Assembly (NCBI GenBank): GCA_001563335.1
Contig: LRSL01000086.1
Span: 18,839 to 82,838 of the forward strand
DNA length: 64,000 bases
Source: Candidatus Thorarchaeota archaeon SMTZ1-45
GTDB taxonomy: Archaea > Asgardarchaeota > Thorarchaeia > Thorarchaeales > Thorarchaeaceae
Direction: 5' to 3'
Part shown: positions 1 through 9,719 of the stretch, in pieces
How the letters are laid out: each line of letters starts with the position of its first letter
Numbering within the stretch: position 1 is the stretch's first letter
Translations under genes and position numbers: made by a program
Notes under the pieces: generated by a model
What the model saw: the letters and a program-made list of their open reading frames with translations, nothing else
What the model was told of the DNA's origin: nothing
Databases searched by the model: none

Positions 1-582
1 CCAGCAACATATCTGAACTATAAGAGTCCCTTTGAGATGCTAATTGTAACAATTCTATCAGCACGAGCCACAGATGCAGGTGTGAACAAGATCTCTCCAA
101 CACTTTTCAAGAAATATCCCACTCCAGAGAAACTGGCAAAAGTGAATCTTGATGAAATTGGCCAAATCATACGCCCACTTGGAGCCTATAACAAAAAGGC
201 AGGATACATCACTGGAACATCTCGCCTGCTGGTCGAGAAGTTTGATGGCAAGGTCCCTAACACATTGAAGGAACTTATCTCATTCCCAGGTGTGAGTAGA
301 AAGACTGCAAACGTTGTGTTGTCAGTTGTCTTTGGAATCAGCGAGGGAATTGTATTGGATACACATGTCATGCGTGTGACTCTTCGACTCGGTCTAAGTG
401 AGCATGAGAATAAACCAGAAAAAATCGAGAAGGATATGATGGAATTGCTTCCAAACAAGTTCTGGAGCGATTATGCTCGATTAATTGGTGCTCATGGTAG
501 ACAAACTTGCAAGTCAAGACGACCAAATTGCACTTCGTGTACACTCAATAAGCTTTGTCCATCTGCAGAGCTTGGTAAGTGA
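1..582 (+). CDS. nth: Endonuclease III (HhH-GPD DNA glycosylase), 5'-truncated by window edge
   Basis: Frame is open from base 1 (PATYLNYKSPFEMLIVTILSA). HhH motif FPGVSRKTANVVL, LDTHV, and C-terminal 4Fe-4S motif C-x6-C-x2-C-x5-C. Confidence 0.93.
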   Translation, partial: PATYLNYKSPFEMLIVTILSARATDAGVNKISPTLFKKYPTPEKLAKVNLDEIGQIIRPLGAYNKKAGYITGTSRLLVEKFDGKVPNTLKELISFPGVSRKTANVVLSVVFGISEGIVLDTHVMRVTLRLGLSEHENKPEKIEKDMMELLPNKFWSDYARLIGAHGRQTCKSRRPNCTSCTLNKLCPSAELGK

Positions 583-668
583 TGGGTTGAAGGCGATATC
601 TAGGAAACGACTTATCTAGGTTCCGAATTCACTCAAGTATACATAACTTTGACAGGTGAAGTCATTCA

Positions 669-1964
669 ATGTTAGACATCCGATTCATTCGAGAGAATAT
701 CGACCTGATTCGAGATAACCTAAAGCGTCGGCAGGATGATAGGAAACTGAAGGAGTTTGACCTCCTTCTCAAACTCGATGAGAAAATACGGTGGCTGAAG
801 AGGGACATACAAGACCTCAGAACCCAACGAAACAAAATTTCAAGAGAGATTGGTGAACTGAAGAAATCGGGCGAGGATGACTCAAAGCTTGTTAAAAAAG
901 TAAACAATGTAAATAAGAAAATCAGATCCATTGAAGCTGAAACAAATGAGCTCGAACAGCAGCTCAAACGAATTCAGATGAGTATCCCAAACATCCTTCA
1001 TGAGAGTGTCCCCTATGGTGTTGATGAGGAGGACAATGAAGTTTTAAGAGAGTGGGGTGGTAGACCCGAGTTCGATTTTGAGTATCACAGTCATGTTGAC
1101 TTATTGGAAACATTGGATGTGGGAGACATTCCTAGGGCTGCAAGACTTTCAGGATCAAGGTTCTACTATCTCAAGAATGAACTGGTCTTGCTTGATATCG
1201 CAATGCAGCAAATGGCACTTGAAATGCTTGTTGAGAGAGGATTTAGTCCAATCTATCCTCCTTTCATGATGAAACGTGAACCATATGAGGGTGTAGTAGA
1301 CCTAGCAGATTTTGAGGATGTTATGTATAAGATAGATGGAGAGGATCTCTATCTCATTGCTACATCTGAACACCCGATGGCGGGAATGTACATGGGGGAG
1401 ATATTTGAACCAACAGACCTTCCTCTCAAACTTGCTGGAGTGAGTGCATGTTTCAGAAAAGAGGCTGGTTCACACGGCAAAGATACCAAGGGCATCTTCA
1501 GAGTACATCAGTTTAACAAAGTCGAGCAATTTGTTTTTAGCCTGCCTGAGGATTCATGGAATATCCATGAGGAACTCATCAAGAACGAAGAGGATTATGT
1601 ACAGGCACTGAATCTACCATATCGTGTGGTGAATATCTGCACAGGGGATATGGGTATAGTAGCTGCAAAGAGGATAGATTTAGAATTCTGGTTTCCAGGA
1701 CAACAGATGTACAGAGAGGGGGGCTCATGTAGTAACTGTACAGCCTACCAAGCAACCAGACTCAACATCAAATACCGTCTGAAAAAGGGAGGTACTGAGA
1801 AAGCGTACCTTCACACATTGAACAGCACCATGATGGCGAATCCACGAACAATGGTGGCAATCATTGAAAATTATCAAAAAGAGGATGGAAGTGTAGAAAT
1901 ACCAAAAGCACTACAAAAGTATCTTCCATCAGGAATCAAAGAGATAGTACCTCAGAAGAAATGA
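669..1964 (+). CDS. serS: Seryl-tRNA synthetase
   Basis: MLDIRFIREN N-terminal coiled-coil arm, LIATSEHP, motif 2 FRKEAGSHGKDTKGIFRVHQF, SCSNCT, HTLNST. Confidence 0.97.
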   Translation: MLDIRFIRENIDLIRDNLKRRQDDRKLKEFDLLLKLDEKIRWLKRDIQDLRTQRNKISREIGELKKSGEDDSKLVKKVNNVNKKIRSIEAETNELEQQLKRIQMSIPNILHESVPYGVDEEDNEVLREWGGRPEFDFEYHSHVDLLETLDVGDIPRAARLSGSRFYYLKNELVLLDIAMQQMALEMLVERGFSPIYPPFMMKREPYEGVVDLADFEDVMYKIDGEDLYLIATSEHPMAGMYMGEIFEPTDLPLKLAGVSACFRKEAGSHGKDTKGIFRVHQFNKVEQFVFSLPEDSWNIHEELIKNEEDYVQALNLPYRVVNICTGDMGIVAAKRIDLEFWFPGQQMYREGGSCSNCTAYQATRLNIKYRLKKGGTEKAYLHTLNSTMMANPRTMVAIIENYQKEDGSVEIPKALQKYLPSGIKEIVPQKK

Positions 1965-2024
1965 AGTCACGATGCCCATCAAGCTTAATACGGGCTTTCT
2001 TGATGCCAAACTTGGGGAACATCA

Positions 2025-2495
2025 TTGACTACTGTACAGCAAACGTTTGAACAACTGGTCTCCCTTGCAATAAAGAGGGAGGAGGAAGCACACGACTTCT
2101 ACATGAAGGCGTCAGAAGATTCGGAGCTGAAAGCATCAGCAAAATTGCTCAAGGATCTCGCAGGCCAGGAGGTTATTCACAAGAAAAAGTTGCAAGAGGC
2201 ACTCAAGGATGGGGTCTGTGAAACTTTTACTTGCAGTTCTGTTGCAGAAGTGGAGAAGCTAGATTTGGATCGATACCTTGTTGACATTCCACTTCTACCT
2301 TCATCATCACCACAGGATGTTCTGATTGTAGCAATCAAGAGGGAGGCTGCTGCAAACAGCTTCTACAAGGCACTTTCTGAACTAACAGGTAATTCTGCAC
2401 ACAGATCAGTCTTTGAAACTTTGGCAAAAGAAGAAGATACTCATAAGACCAGACTACAGAACATGTATGATGATATATTCCAACCAGACATGTGA
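2025..2495 (+). CDS. Ferritin-like/rubrerythrin-family diiron protein
   Basis: Two repeats of AIKRE..A..FY...ExxH. Confidence 0.85.
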   Translation: MTTVQQTFEQLVSLAIKREEEAHDFYMKASEDSELKASAKLLKDLAGQEVIHKKKLQEALKDGVCETFTCSSVAEVEKLDLDRYLVDIPLLPSSSPQDVLIVAIKREAAANSFYKALSELTGNSAHRSVFETLAKEEDTHKTRLQNMYDDIFQPDM

Positions 2496-2520
2496 GAGGG
2501 CTTTTCTAAAGCCCTGTCAC
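2492..2520. terminator. Hairpin between convergent genes
   Basis: gtgagagggcttt-tct-aaagccctgtcac inverted repeat at the junction of two convergent stop codons. Confidence 0.55.
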
Positions 2521-2530
2521 ATTCTATTTA

Positions 2531-3814
2531 TTATTTCATCATGTGCAATTTTTGTGCAGCTATGAATGTCAGACCACGTTTGGTCAGTTCTTCTGCAGTG
2601 CGGTTTAATGCGTGATGTTTGTCAAGATAGTTCTGAGTTAGTAGAGGCATATGACCTTGTTCTTCTATCTCACTCTTTTGTCGGAAGTAGTCGAGGATGT
2701 CACTGGGATATTCACGGTTTGCATCTATCTCAGGAACACCACCTTCGTGCTTTGCACTGATGTTCTTCACATGGTCTGCAATATCAAGAAGCTCAGGTAG
2801 TCGGTCATATGGTTGTCGAACGATGTTCTTGTAAGTTTCAGTGATGTGGTGTTCCAATCTAACAACATTCTCGAATCCAAAGTCTTCACGGATGTAGGCT
2901 GCAAGTTCAAGGGTTTTGTTGTCAACACTGTTTGAAAGATTGAATCCTATCAGAGGACTTGTACCATCTTCCCTACTGAACAGCTTTGCAGTCATAAGTG
3001 TCCATAGACATGCATATGGGTTATCATTACCTACAAAGACGGATATCTTGAATTCCATATCTATACCAAGCTTGTGCATCATATAGCCTACTAGAATGCT
3101 TCCAAGATTGACGTTGAGCACCTGTTTCACACCATACTTTGTGTAGTAGTTTAGATATTCATCAGCCCACTTCAATGGAAACTTATTTGGCATCCCAACG
3201 CCGCCAAAGTAGCCTGTAATCGTATCGGGACCTCCAAGATGAACGTTTACAGGAGCACCATCTGGACCTGGGTAGGTGCCTTTGGTGTCTAATGTTTCAA
3301 CATACGATGCACCCACAATTTGCATACCTGCTGCAAATGCAATGACTTGGTTATCGGCTGTCTGTTCAGCCATATTCCGAACTCGAATAAATCTACCAGG
3401 CATGAGTTCTTGTTTTTCAATCGATTGCTTGGCTTCTTCAATGAGCCAAGGGAAATACTGGCAAGCACTAATCTCTAAAGTGACCGCAAATCTATCGTCA
3501 AATTTCATATTATTGGCTTTGTTCCCAAGTATTTTGCGTCGGTATTCGGGTATAGAGATGAAAGCACCATCATCGCGTTGTTCCTGTAGCCAAGTGAGAT
3601 CTTTCACATAGGTGGAATCTTTTGTTTCGAGTTGTGCCAAGAGATTCTCAAGTTTTCTCGCCTCCTCTGCTCTCTTGTTTATCTCATGCACACCGCCATA
3701 TTTCTCAATCACATCAATTAGTCCAGTGACAAGAGGATTGTCTTCCTGCATTAGAAAATCGTTGATCTCATTGAGTCGTTTTGGATCAATCATCAAAGCT
3801 GTTCTATCAATCAT
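2531..3814 (-). CDS. Hypothetical soluble protein (427 aa)
   Basis: Long ORF with normal composition; no family recognised. Confidence 0.7.
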   Translation of the reverse strand: MIDRTALMIDPKRLNEINDFLMQEDNPLVTGLIDVIEKYGGVHEINKRAEEARKLENLLAQLETKDSTYVKDLTWLQEQRDDGAFISIPEYRRKILGNKANNMKFDDRFAVTLEISACQYFPWLIEEAKQSIEKQELMPGRFIRVRNMAEQTADNQVIAFAAGMQIVGASYVETLDTKGTYPGPDGAPVNVHLGGPDTITGYFGGVGMPNKFPLKWADEYLNYYTKYGVKQVLNVNLGSILVGYMMHKLGIDMEFKISVFVGNDNPYACLWTLMTAKLFSREDGTSPLIGFNLSNSVDNKTLELAAYIREDFGFENVVRLEHHITETYKNIVRQPYDRLPELLDIADHVKNISAKHEGGVPEIDANREYPSDILDYFRQKSEIEEQGHMPLLTQNYLDKHHALNRTAEELTKRGLTFIAAQKLHMMK

Positions 3815-3948
3815 GGCTTACCCATCCAGTAATGATTATTGATTAGTTGAACTTTATTCAAGTTAGGTCCCTATCAGTAGCTCACCCCTAAAAAGGGATT
3901 CTGCATTTTTTGGACGCAATCTTCTCCAGGTATCTAATCAAATATCGT

Positions 3949-4911
3949 CTATTGATAACATCTAATTGGTGCAAGAAGCTTCGGATAGTGGTAATGTAAT
4001 AATCTACGCATCTCAAAGCAGAGATGGCATTCATTAACGAATGTTGAATTTGGTTCTAGCCCATGTTGTAGAGCTAATTGATAGAGACCTATCGGACCAG
4101 TTTCCGCCAATATACGAATGATTGGATGATTGCTGTATGAATAGCTGTTGAGGGAGTCTGAGAGTGAGTTTCTCTTCGCGTTCCCAATGCATATTCCTGG
4201 GCACAGGGTGATATTTCCTTCAAAGTCTATCTCAATCACTTCAGGACTTCGCAAGTCGCCTCCTAGCCAGAAGGGTAGGATGCATTTCCCATGGGGAATT
4301 TCGGGAGACATTTCAGCATAACCGATCAGTGATTTAGCCCCTCTTCCCTCAAAGTCGACTGGATATAATGACTGCTCTATGCCTTCTATGTCTTGCACCT
4401 CTCTAAGAGATGCCTTTGTCAACTGATCATAGGGGTTTTTGGACTCAAGTGACTTCATGTAGTAACTATCCACCCATACCTTCTCAAGACCAAGAAAGAC
4501 TGCCGCTTCGATGCCAAGCTTAACATTTCTGATATCGATATATTGCTGATGAAACCCGTCAACGCTAAAGGTAAGCGTGTTCAGGCCTGCGTCTATAAGC
4601 TCCTTGAGCGTCTTTCTGGCCACATGAGATGTCCTTGCCCAGAACCCATTTGTTATGGATCCTCTTCGTGGAACACCTAAATCTTTCGCGATTGTTAGCA
4701 TTGCCTTCATATCATCTAGGTAGAGAAATGGTTCACCACCATGAAGTGTCAGCCATTCAAATTGTTTATTTTCTGCTAGGTCAGAGAGCCACTGCTCAGC
4801 GTCATCAAGACTGATATGACCTACTTGCTCTGGACCTGCGTTGTACGCACAGTGATCACATTTAGATGGGCATCGGAATGTGATCAAAAGACTAGCTCCA
4901 CGTACCTGCAT
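3949..4911 (-). CDS. Radical SAM protein
   Basis: CPSKCDHC motif, HGGEPF, TNGFW, C-terminal CHLC. Confidence 0.88.
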   Translation of the reverse strand: MQVRGASLLITFRCPSKCDHCAYNAGPEQVGHISLDDAEQWLSDLAENKQFEWLTLHGGEPFLYLDDMKAMLTIAKDLGVPRRGSITNGFWARTSHVARKTLKELIDAGLNTLTFSVDGFHQQYIDIRNVKLGIEAAVFLGLEKVWVDSYYMKSLESKNPYDQLTKASLREVQDIEGIEQSLYPVDFEGRGAKSLIGYAEMSPEIPHGKCILPFWLGGDLRSPEVIEIDFEGNITLCPGICIGNAKRNSLSDSLNSYSYSNHPIIRILAETGPIGLYQLALQHGLEPNSTFVNECHLCFEMRRLLHYHYPKLLAPIRCYQ

Positions 4912-4959
4912 CTTCTACCTCCACCCCAACTCCTAATTCTTATAATCGCTCGATAAAAG

Positions 4960-5580
4960 TTAAGTCAAATCCTTAGGTGTTTGGACATCCTCCTCAATCC
5001 ACGAATCTGAAGATTCTGTTTCATAGATGTAATCACGAAGAAAGCCCCTAATGGCAGGACCTACTGTGGCGGTGATGATTGAACCCGCGGTCACCTGTAT
5101 CCAGTTCAATGTAATTAGTTCTGCAAATGCTACTCCTAGTGCCACCAAAAAAGAATAGTCCAAAAGAACAAACAAGAATATCTCACCAATAAAGTAGCCA
5201 AGCATCATCACTAGCGAAGCAACGACCAAACCGACTATGTCCAATTTTGTTAGGCGACTAGTCATCCCAACTTGGCGGCTCGCTAATCCTACAATCATTC
5301 CTTCACACCCTTTTACAACAAACGTAATCGGTGCAAATTGGATATAACCTAAAGTCACATCAGCCACTGCTGAACCAACGCCTCCCGCAAAAAAACCACC
5401 GAGAGGCCCAAGTAGAAGTCCACTCAGCATTACAAGTGCATCGCCAAAATTCAAGAAACCAGTGCTCGTTGGGAACGGAACAACTATTATCATGGTGGCA
5501 GCAGTAGTTAAAGCAGTCAGAATAACCAGAAGCGCCACGAACAGTGTTCTATTTTGTGTTTTGGGTTTGAAGAGCTCCAA
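4960..5580 (-). CDS. ECF transporter S component
   Basis: Hydrophobic protein with P..TGFLNFGD...GP..G..AGGVGSA.AD...APITFVVKG.EG signature. Confidence 0.85.
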   Translation of the reverse strand: MELFKPKTQNRTLFVALLVILTALTTAATMIIVVPFPTSTGFLNFGDALVMLSGLLLGPLGGFFAGGVGSAVADVTLGYIQFAPITFVVKGCEGMIVGLASRQVGMTSRLTKLDIVGLVVASLVMMLGYFIGEIFLFVLLDYSFLVALGVAFAELITLNWIQVTAGSIITATVGPAIRGFLRDYIYETESSDSWIEEDVQTPKDLT

Positions 5581-6119
5581 TTATCATCATCCTCTCGAAA
5601 TAAGTACTTGCTGAAGATAATCAAATCCTCGCCATAGTAATGACTTCGCAGGAACCCCTCTTTTCTGTAGCCAAGACTTTGATACAGCTGAATTGCCTCA
5701 GTCATTACCCATGCAGTTACTAAGAAAAGTTTGTGATTCCCATTCTTGATTGCTATAGACTCTAAGGTTTCAAGTAGCTCAGTGCCGATGCCACGACATT
5801 GATACATAGGATGAACTCCAAAAGAACTTACCCGCATACTCTCATGTTCTTCGAAGCCTGTCACAGTTCCAACGACATCATTGCCAATTTCTGCAATGAG
5901 AACTTGAGATGCTGATAGAATGCGATCACGAATTATCCATGGTTTGGAAATAGTTCTATCAACAGCTTTCTTTGGATATCCCCTCGATATGAGAGGATAG
6001 AATGCAGCCTGCATTACTCGATAGATCGCAAGAGCATCCTCTAATGTGGCTTTCCTGATTTTGAATGCGGGCTCTGATTTGATTTGAACTGTGTCACCAA
6101 GATCAATGAAAGACACCAT
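5517..6119 (-). CDS. GNAT acetyltransferase
   Basis: VHPMYQCRGIGTELL acetyl-CoA motif; AIQLYQSLGY. Confidence 0.85.
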   Translation of the reverse strand: MVSFIDLGDTVQIKSEPAFKIRKATLEDALAIYRVMQAAFYPLISRGYPKKAVDRTISKPWIIRDRILSASQVLIAEIGNDVVGTVTGFEEHESMRVSSFGVHPMYQCRGIGTELLETLESIAIKNGNHKLFLVTAWVMTEAIQLYQSLGYRKEGFLRSHYYGEDLIIFSKYLFREDDDNWSSSNPKHKIEHCSWRFWLF

Positions 6120-6215
6120 AGTTGCTATTCTCCAAGTGAGGTTTGCTTACTTCAACAAGTATGGTTTTTGAAAAATTATATATAATTTTGAGCCTATATA
6201 TAGGCCAGATATGTA

Positions 6216-7709
6216 ATGTCGTGCCTTTTTTCTTTCAAATGCTCAAGATGTAATCAAACACATGACTCTGACTTGTATGCTCCTAGATGCACGAGTTGTG
6301 GAGGAGTGTTACGTGTAGAGTATGATATTGAATGTGTAAAAGAAAAACTTGGAAAGAACGGGTTTGAGAGAAGGACATCAGGAGTATGGAAGTATCATGA
6401 GTTATTGCCTGTACTGGACAAGACCAATCTTGTATCTCTTGGGGAGGGTGGGACTTACCTACATAGATGTTATGGTCTAGCTGAAAAACTGGGCTTAGAT
6501 GAGTTATACCTGAAAGACGAAACAACTAACCCTACTGGTGCGTTCATAGACAGAGGAACTGCAGTGGAGGTTACTGTAGCAAGACAGAGGGGGTACAATT
6601 CAGTCTGCTGTGGGACTACAGGAAATTTGGCAGTTTCACTCGTTGCATATGCTGCAAGAGCAGGATTGGAAAGTAAGGTGTTCATTGGACAAAAAGGTCA
6701 TGTTGATTCAGGTAAACTCTACCAGATTCTAGCATATGCAGCTCAGGTTGAAATTGTGAGAGATCGAGAAGAAGCTCTATCTCGAGCATGGCAAGAAAGT
6801 AAACAGAGTCACTCTGTTGTGCCCAGCAATCCACACTTTCTTGAGGGGGTTAAGACTACAATCTTGGAAACATGTGAACAGTTGGACTGGGAAACACCAG
6901 ATTGGGTGATAGCGCCGATGGGAAACGGTGGACATATCTCAATGATATGGAAAGGACTTGTTGAACTAAAGGAGCTTGGACTAGTTCCAAAACTGGATGT
7001 TAGGTTAGTAGGAGCACAAGCAAGGGGATGTTCACCGATTGTAGAAGCATTCGAAAAAGGTAGCAAGAAGATAATTCCATCTAGTCATGTTTCAACTGTT
7101 GCCATTGACATTGGTGTCAGAGATCCTTCTTGCGGAAACATGGCTCTCGACTCTTTGGAGCAATCAAAGGGATTGGCTGTATCCGTAACTGATAGGGAGA
7201 TTCTCGAAGCGGTAAAAGACTTGGCTCGATTGGAAGGTGTGTTTGCTGAGCCAGCTTCAGCGACAACAATAGCAGTGCTGCAAAAACTTGTAAATGAGGG
7301 TCGAATTGACAGGGGTGACAGAATTGTCTGTGCTATTACTGGAATGGGGTTAAAATATCCAGAGATAACACGCACATTCGTAAAAGGTAAGAGTACCTTA
7401 GAGTACTTTCTGAGCCACGTGGAGGGGCGTCGTTTTACAACAAAACTTGGTCAAACAAAAGTACGAATATTGCAGATTCTTTCAAGAGGAGAGTCTTATG
7501 GTTATGCAATCTGGAAATCAATGGTAGATGACTACGGTTTTCGAATCAAAATCCCAAGTATCTACCAGCATATCTCTGAACTGAAAAATAGTGGGCTTAT
7601 CGTCCAGACAAGAACCGAGGAAACCTACAGAAAGACTTCCAGAAATTATTATGGTCTGACTGAGAGAGGGCATCTAACACTTGACCAACTTGAGAAACTA
7701 TCAGAATAG
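6216..7709 (+). CDS. thrC: Threonine synthase-like PLP enzyme with C-terminal PadR-like winged helix
   Basis: N-terminal Zn ribbon, SLGEGGT, KDETTNPTGAFIDRG, FAEPASA. The last ~90 aa (ILQILSRGESYGYAIWK...SIYQHISELKNSGLI...RNYYGLTERG) are PadR-like. Confidence 0.8.
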   Translation: MSCLFSFKCSRCNQTHDSDLYAPRCTSCGGVLRVEYDIECVKEKLGKNGFERRTSGVWKYHELLPVLDKTNLVSLGEGGTYLHRCYGLAEKLGLDELYLKDETTNPTGAFIDRGTAVEVTVARQRGYNSVCCGTTGNLAVSLVAYAARAGLESKVFIGQKGHVDSGKLYQILAYAAQVEIVRDREEALSRAWQESKQSHSVVPSNPHFLEGVKTTILETCEQLDWETPDWVIAPMGNGGHISMIWKGLVELKELGLVPKLDVRLVGAQARGCSPIVEAFEKGSKKIIPSSHVSTVAIDIGVRDPSCGNMALDSLEQSKGLAVSVTDREILEAVKDLARLEGVFAEPASATTIAVLQKLVNEGRIDRGDRIVCAITGMGLKYPEITRTFVKGKSTLEYFLSHVEGRRFTTKLGQTKVRILQILSRGESYGYAIWKSMVDDYGFRIKIPSIYQHISELKNSGLIVQTRTEETYRKTSRNYYGLTERGHLTLDQLEKLSE

Positions 7710-7834
7710 GATTATTTCTGGAAAGAGTCGCGCAGCGTGGGTGTATAGGAGAAGTGTTTTAACATCTAATACGTTATTAACCTCACAGCGGTTCGAGCAG
7801 TATTGCTGGACTTGGCAGATTGAGGTAGAGAACA

Positions 7835-8215
7835 ATGTCCAAGAAATGGATACAGAGTGATGATTGGAAAACCGAAAAACATGTACCTGTAATTGAAATC
7901 ATGAAGGTTGAGGATGGAAAAGCCTTCGTCAAAGTGTCTGTTGGCAAGGAGATTGCACATCCAAACACAACAGCCCACCATATCAAATGGATGGATCTCT
8001 TTTTCTGGCCAGAAGGAGATAAGTTTCCAGTGGAGATCGGTTACGCAACCTTCGACCATCATGGTGAGTCAGCTCAGGGACCAGACACTAGTGGAATTTA
8101 CAGCGAGCCCGTTACTAAGTTTGTCTTCAAGACTGGCAAACCAGGTACCTTGATGGCTACAGCTTATTGCAACATTCATGGTCTCTGGAAGAGTGAAGCT
8201 GAACTTACACTCTAA
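7835..8215 (+). CDS. sor: Superoxide reductase (neelaredoxin, class II SORL)
   Basis: EKHVP, HPNT..HHI.W and YCNIHGLW metal ligands. Confidence 0.93.
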   Translation: MSKKWIQSDDWKTEKHVPVIEIMKVEDGKAFVKVSVGKEIAHPNTTAHHIKWMDLFFWPEGDKFPVEIGYATFDHHGESAQGPDTSGIYSEPVTKFVFKTGKPGTLMATAYCNIHGLWKSEAELTL

Positions 8216-8239
8216 GACTCAATCATGAGTTTGATTAAA

Positions 8240-8264
8240 ATGGGCCTACCACGGTAGTGCCCAT
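8240..8264 (+). terminator. Hairpin downstream of sor
   Basis: atgggc-ctacc-a-cggtag-t-gcccat followed by a T-rich tract. Confidence 0.5.
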
Positions 8265-8309
8265 CATCATTTTCTTCGTTATTTCATTCTTTGAGAGCAT
8301 TGGAGTCAG

Positions 8310-8567
8310 TTATTCGCGGTCCTTGGTTTTTGATGTTTCAGAAAGGACCGCCCGCCATATTGTATGACCATCAGAAAGTCCAGCTGCTGTCATTCTCTTT
8401 CCCAAATGAAGAGCAAAATCGCCTGACTCAAAATCAACAGGTACTGCTTCCCAAGGCATGATAGCAGAGAGTTTGTACTCAGTTCCATCATCTGATGTAA
8501 TGACATATTGGTCCATTGTTCTGGAAACAATCCCTGTGAGTGACACTTCCTTCATTTCGTCATTCAT
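8310..8567 (-). CDS. Small hypothetical protein (possible OB-like beta protein)
   Basis: 85-aa ORF filling the intergenic space. Confidence 0.55.
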   Translation of the reverse strand: MNDEMKEVSLTGIVSRTMDQYVITSDDGTEYKLSAIMPWEAVPVDFESGDFALHLGKRMTAAGLSDGHTIWRAVLSETSKTKDRE

Positions 8568-8677
8568 AGGTATTCAATTCCCACTATGATAGTCACATTA
8601 TGTGACTTCGTCCTGTGACCCCTATACGTGGCTTCGGTATATATACTAAATCTGAGCAGTATTTCTTGTGAAATATC

Positions 8678-8782
8678 ATGGCTCTAACAACTAACTCACG
8701 AAATTCATCGGTAATGGAGAAAACCAAGGCTCATGTCATGTCGACTGATGCCTTGACCCATGCATACACCTATCGGAGGTAG
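8678..8782 (+). CDS. Micropeptide A (34 aa, MALTTNSRNSSVMEKTKAHVMSTDALTHAYTYRR)
   Basis: Manual translation; TATA-like gtatatatac ~35 nt upstream; C-terminal motif shared with the next ORF. Confidence 0.6.
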   Translation: MALTTNSRNSSVMEKTKAHVMSTDALTHAYTYRR

Positions 8783-8789
8783 ATTCGAG

Positions 8790-8876
8790 ATGGCGTTTGC
8801 TAAGAAACAGAACAAGAGAATCTACAAGAAACAAATCTCGACGGATGCCCTTGCCTATTCATATCTCTACAGGTAG
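8790..8876 (+). CDS. Micropeptide B (28 aa, MAFAKKQNKRIYKKQISTDALAYSYLYR)
   Basis: Manual translation; GGAGGT SD-like site upstream; paralogous C-terminus STDALxxxYxYR. Confidence 0.6.
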   Translation: MAFAKKQNKRIYKKQISTDALAYSYLYR

Positions 8877-8955
8877 TTGGTAATTATGATAAGCGTTTCA
8901 AAGAAATTCTTCAGTTCATACAAGGATAATGCAAAACGTCGTTGTCACACAAAAA

Positions 8956-8993
8956 ATGAAGTGCTTATGATGGAAGTAACATGAGCACTTCAT
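8956..8993. terminator. 14-bp stem hairpin between convergent units
   Basis: atgaagtgcttatg...catgagcacttcat. Confidence 0.5.
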
Positions 8994-9020
8994 GTTGATT
9001 TTATCACCAATATAAGTGTC

Positions 9021-9656
9021 CTAATCATCAGATCGTATAATCCATCTGACCAATTCAGCAATCATCTGATTTTCATCCATAAATTGTGCTCTATAGTCTG
9101 AACGTTTGAATGCAAGTAGGACATTCTGCATTCCGGGATCAAAGCCTATGATGCTAACTGCTTTTTCAATCACATTTGGTCTAAATGCGATTGATGTTAG
9201 TAATAAAGAAACTCCAAAAAGACCAATGAGTAGGACGGGCCAAAAGTCAATCGGACGAGCTCTTGAAATCCTATCACCAATTAGAAAGACACTAAAAATT
9301 GCGAAGGCCATGAGCAGACCATCAACAATCAAACAGAGAGATTGGTATCTGTCAGTGCCATCATCAGGATTTGCATGATTCTCGCACACTTGGATTGGCA
9401 GAACTTTCATTTCAGATGGTTTAGAGTCACCTCTAAATCGCGTGTAGGGGCTGTAGACATATTGCCAAGAGCGTCTAAGATATTGTTTTCCAGTTTTTGC
9501 AACCTTCAGACGTACAACCTTGGTGGCCGGTGCGCCGCAAACTGGACATGTTTTAGGAAACCGTGCTTTTAGAAAATCAACTTTGACAAGTGGTTCATCA
9601 AAGTACTCTTTTCTAGGACTCAATCTCTGGGTCTCCATTTTATAGCTCTTAATCAA
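9021..9656 (-). CDS. Hypothetical membrane protein with Zn-binding CPVC / CxxH motifs
   Basis: FPKTCPVCG, VCENH, two hydrophobic helices. Confidence 0.7.
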   Translation of the reverse strand: MIKSYKMETQRLSPRKEYFDEPLVKVDFLKARFPKTCPVCGAPATKVVRLKVAKTGKQYLRRSWQYVYSPYTRFRGDSKPSEMKVLPIQVCENHANPDDGTDRYQSLCLIVDGLLMAFAIFSVFLIGDRISRARPIDFWPVLLIGLFGVSLLLTSIAFRPNVIEKAVSIIGFDPGMQNVLLAFKRSDYRAQFMDENQMIAELVRWIIRSDD

Positions 9657-9719
9657 ATGAGTAAAGAGTTTATCGAACAGTGCTTTTTATGGAACATCTT
9701 TATTTTCAATATCCTACAA

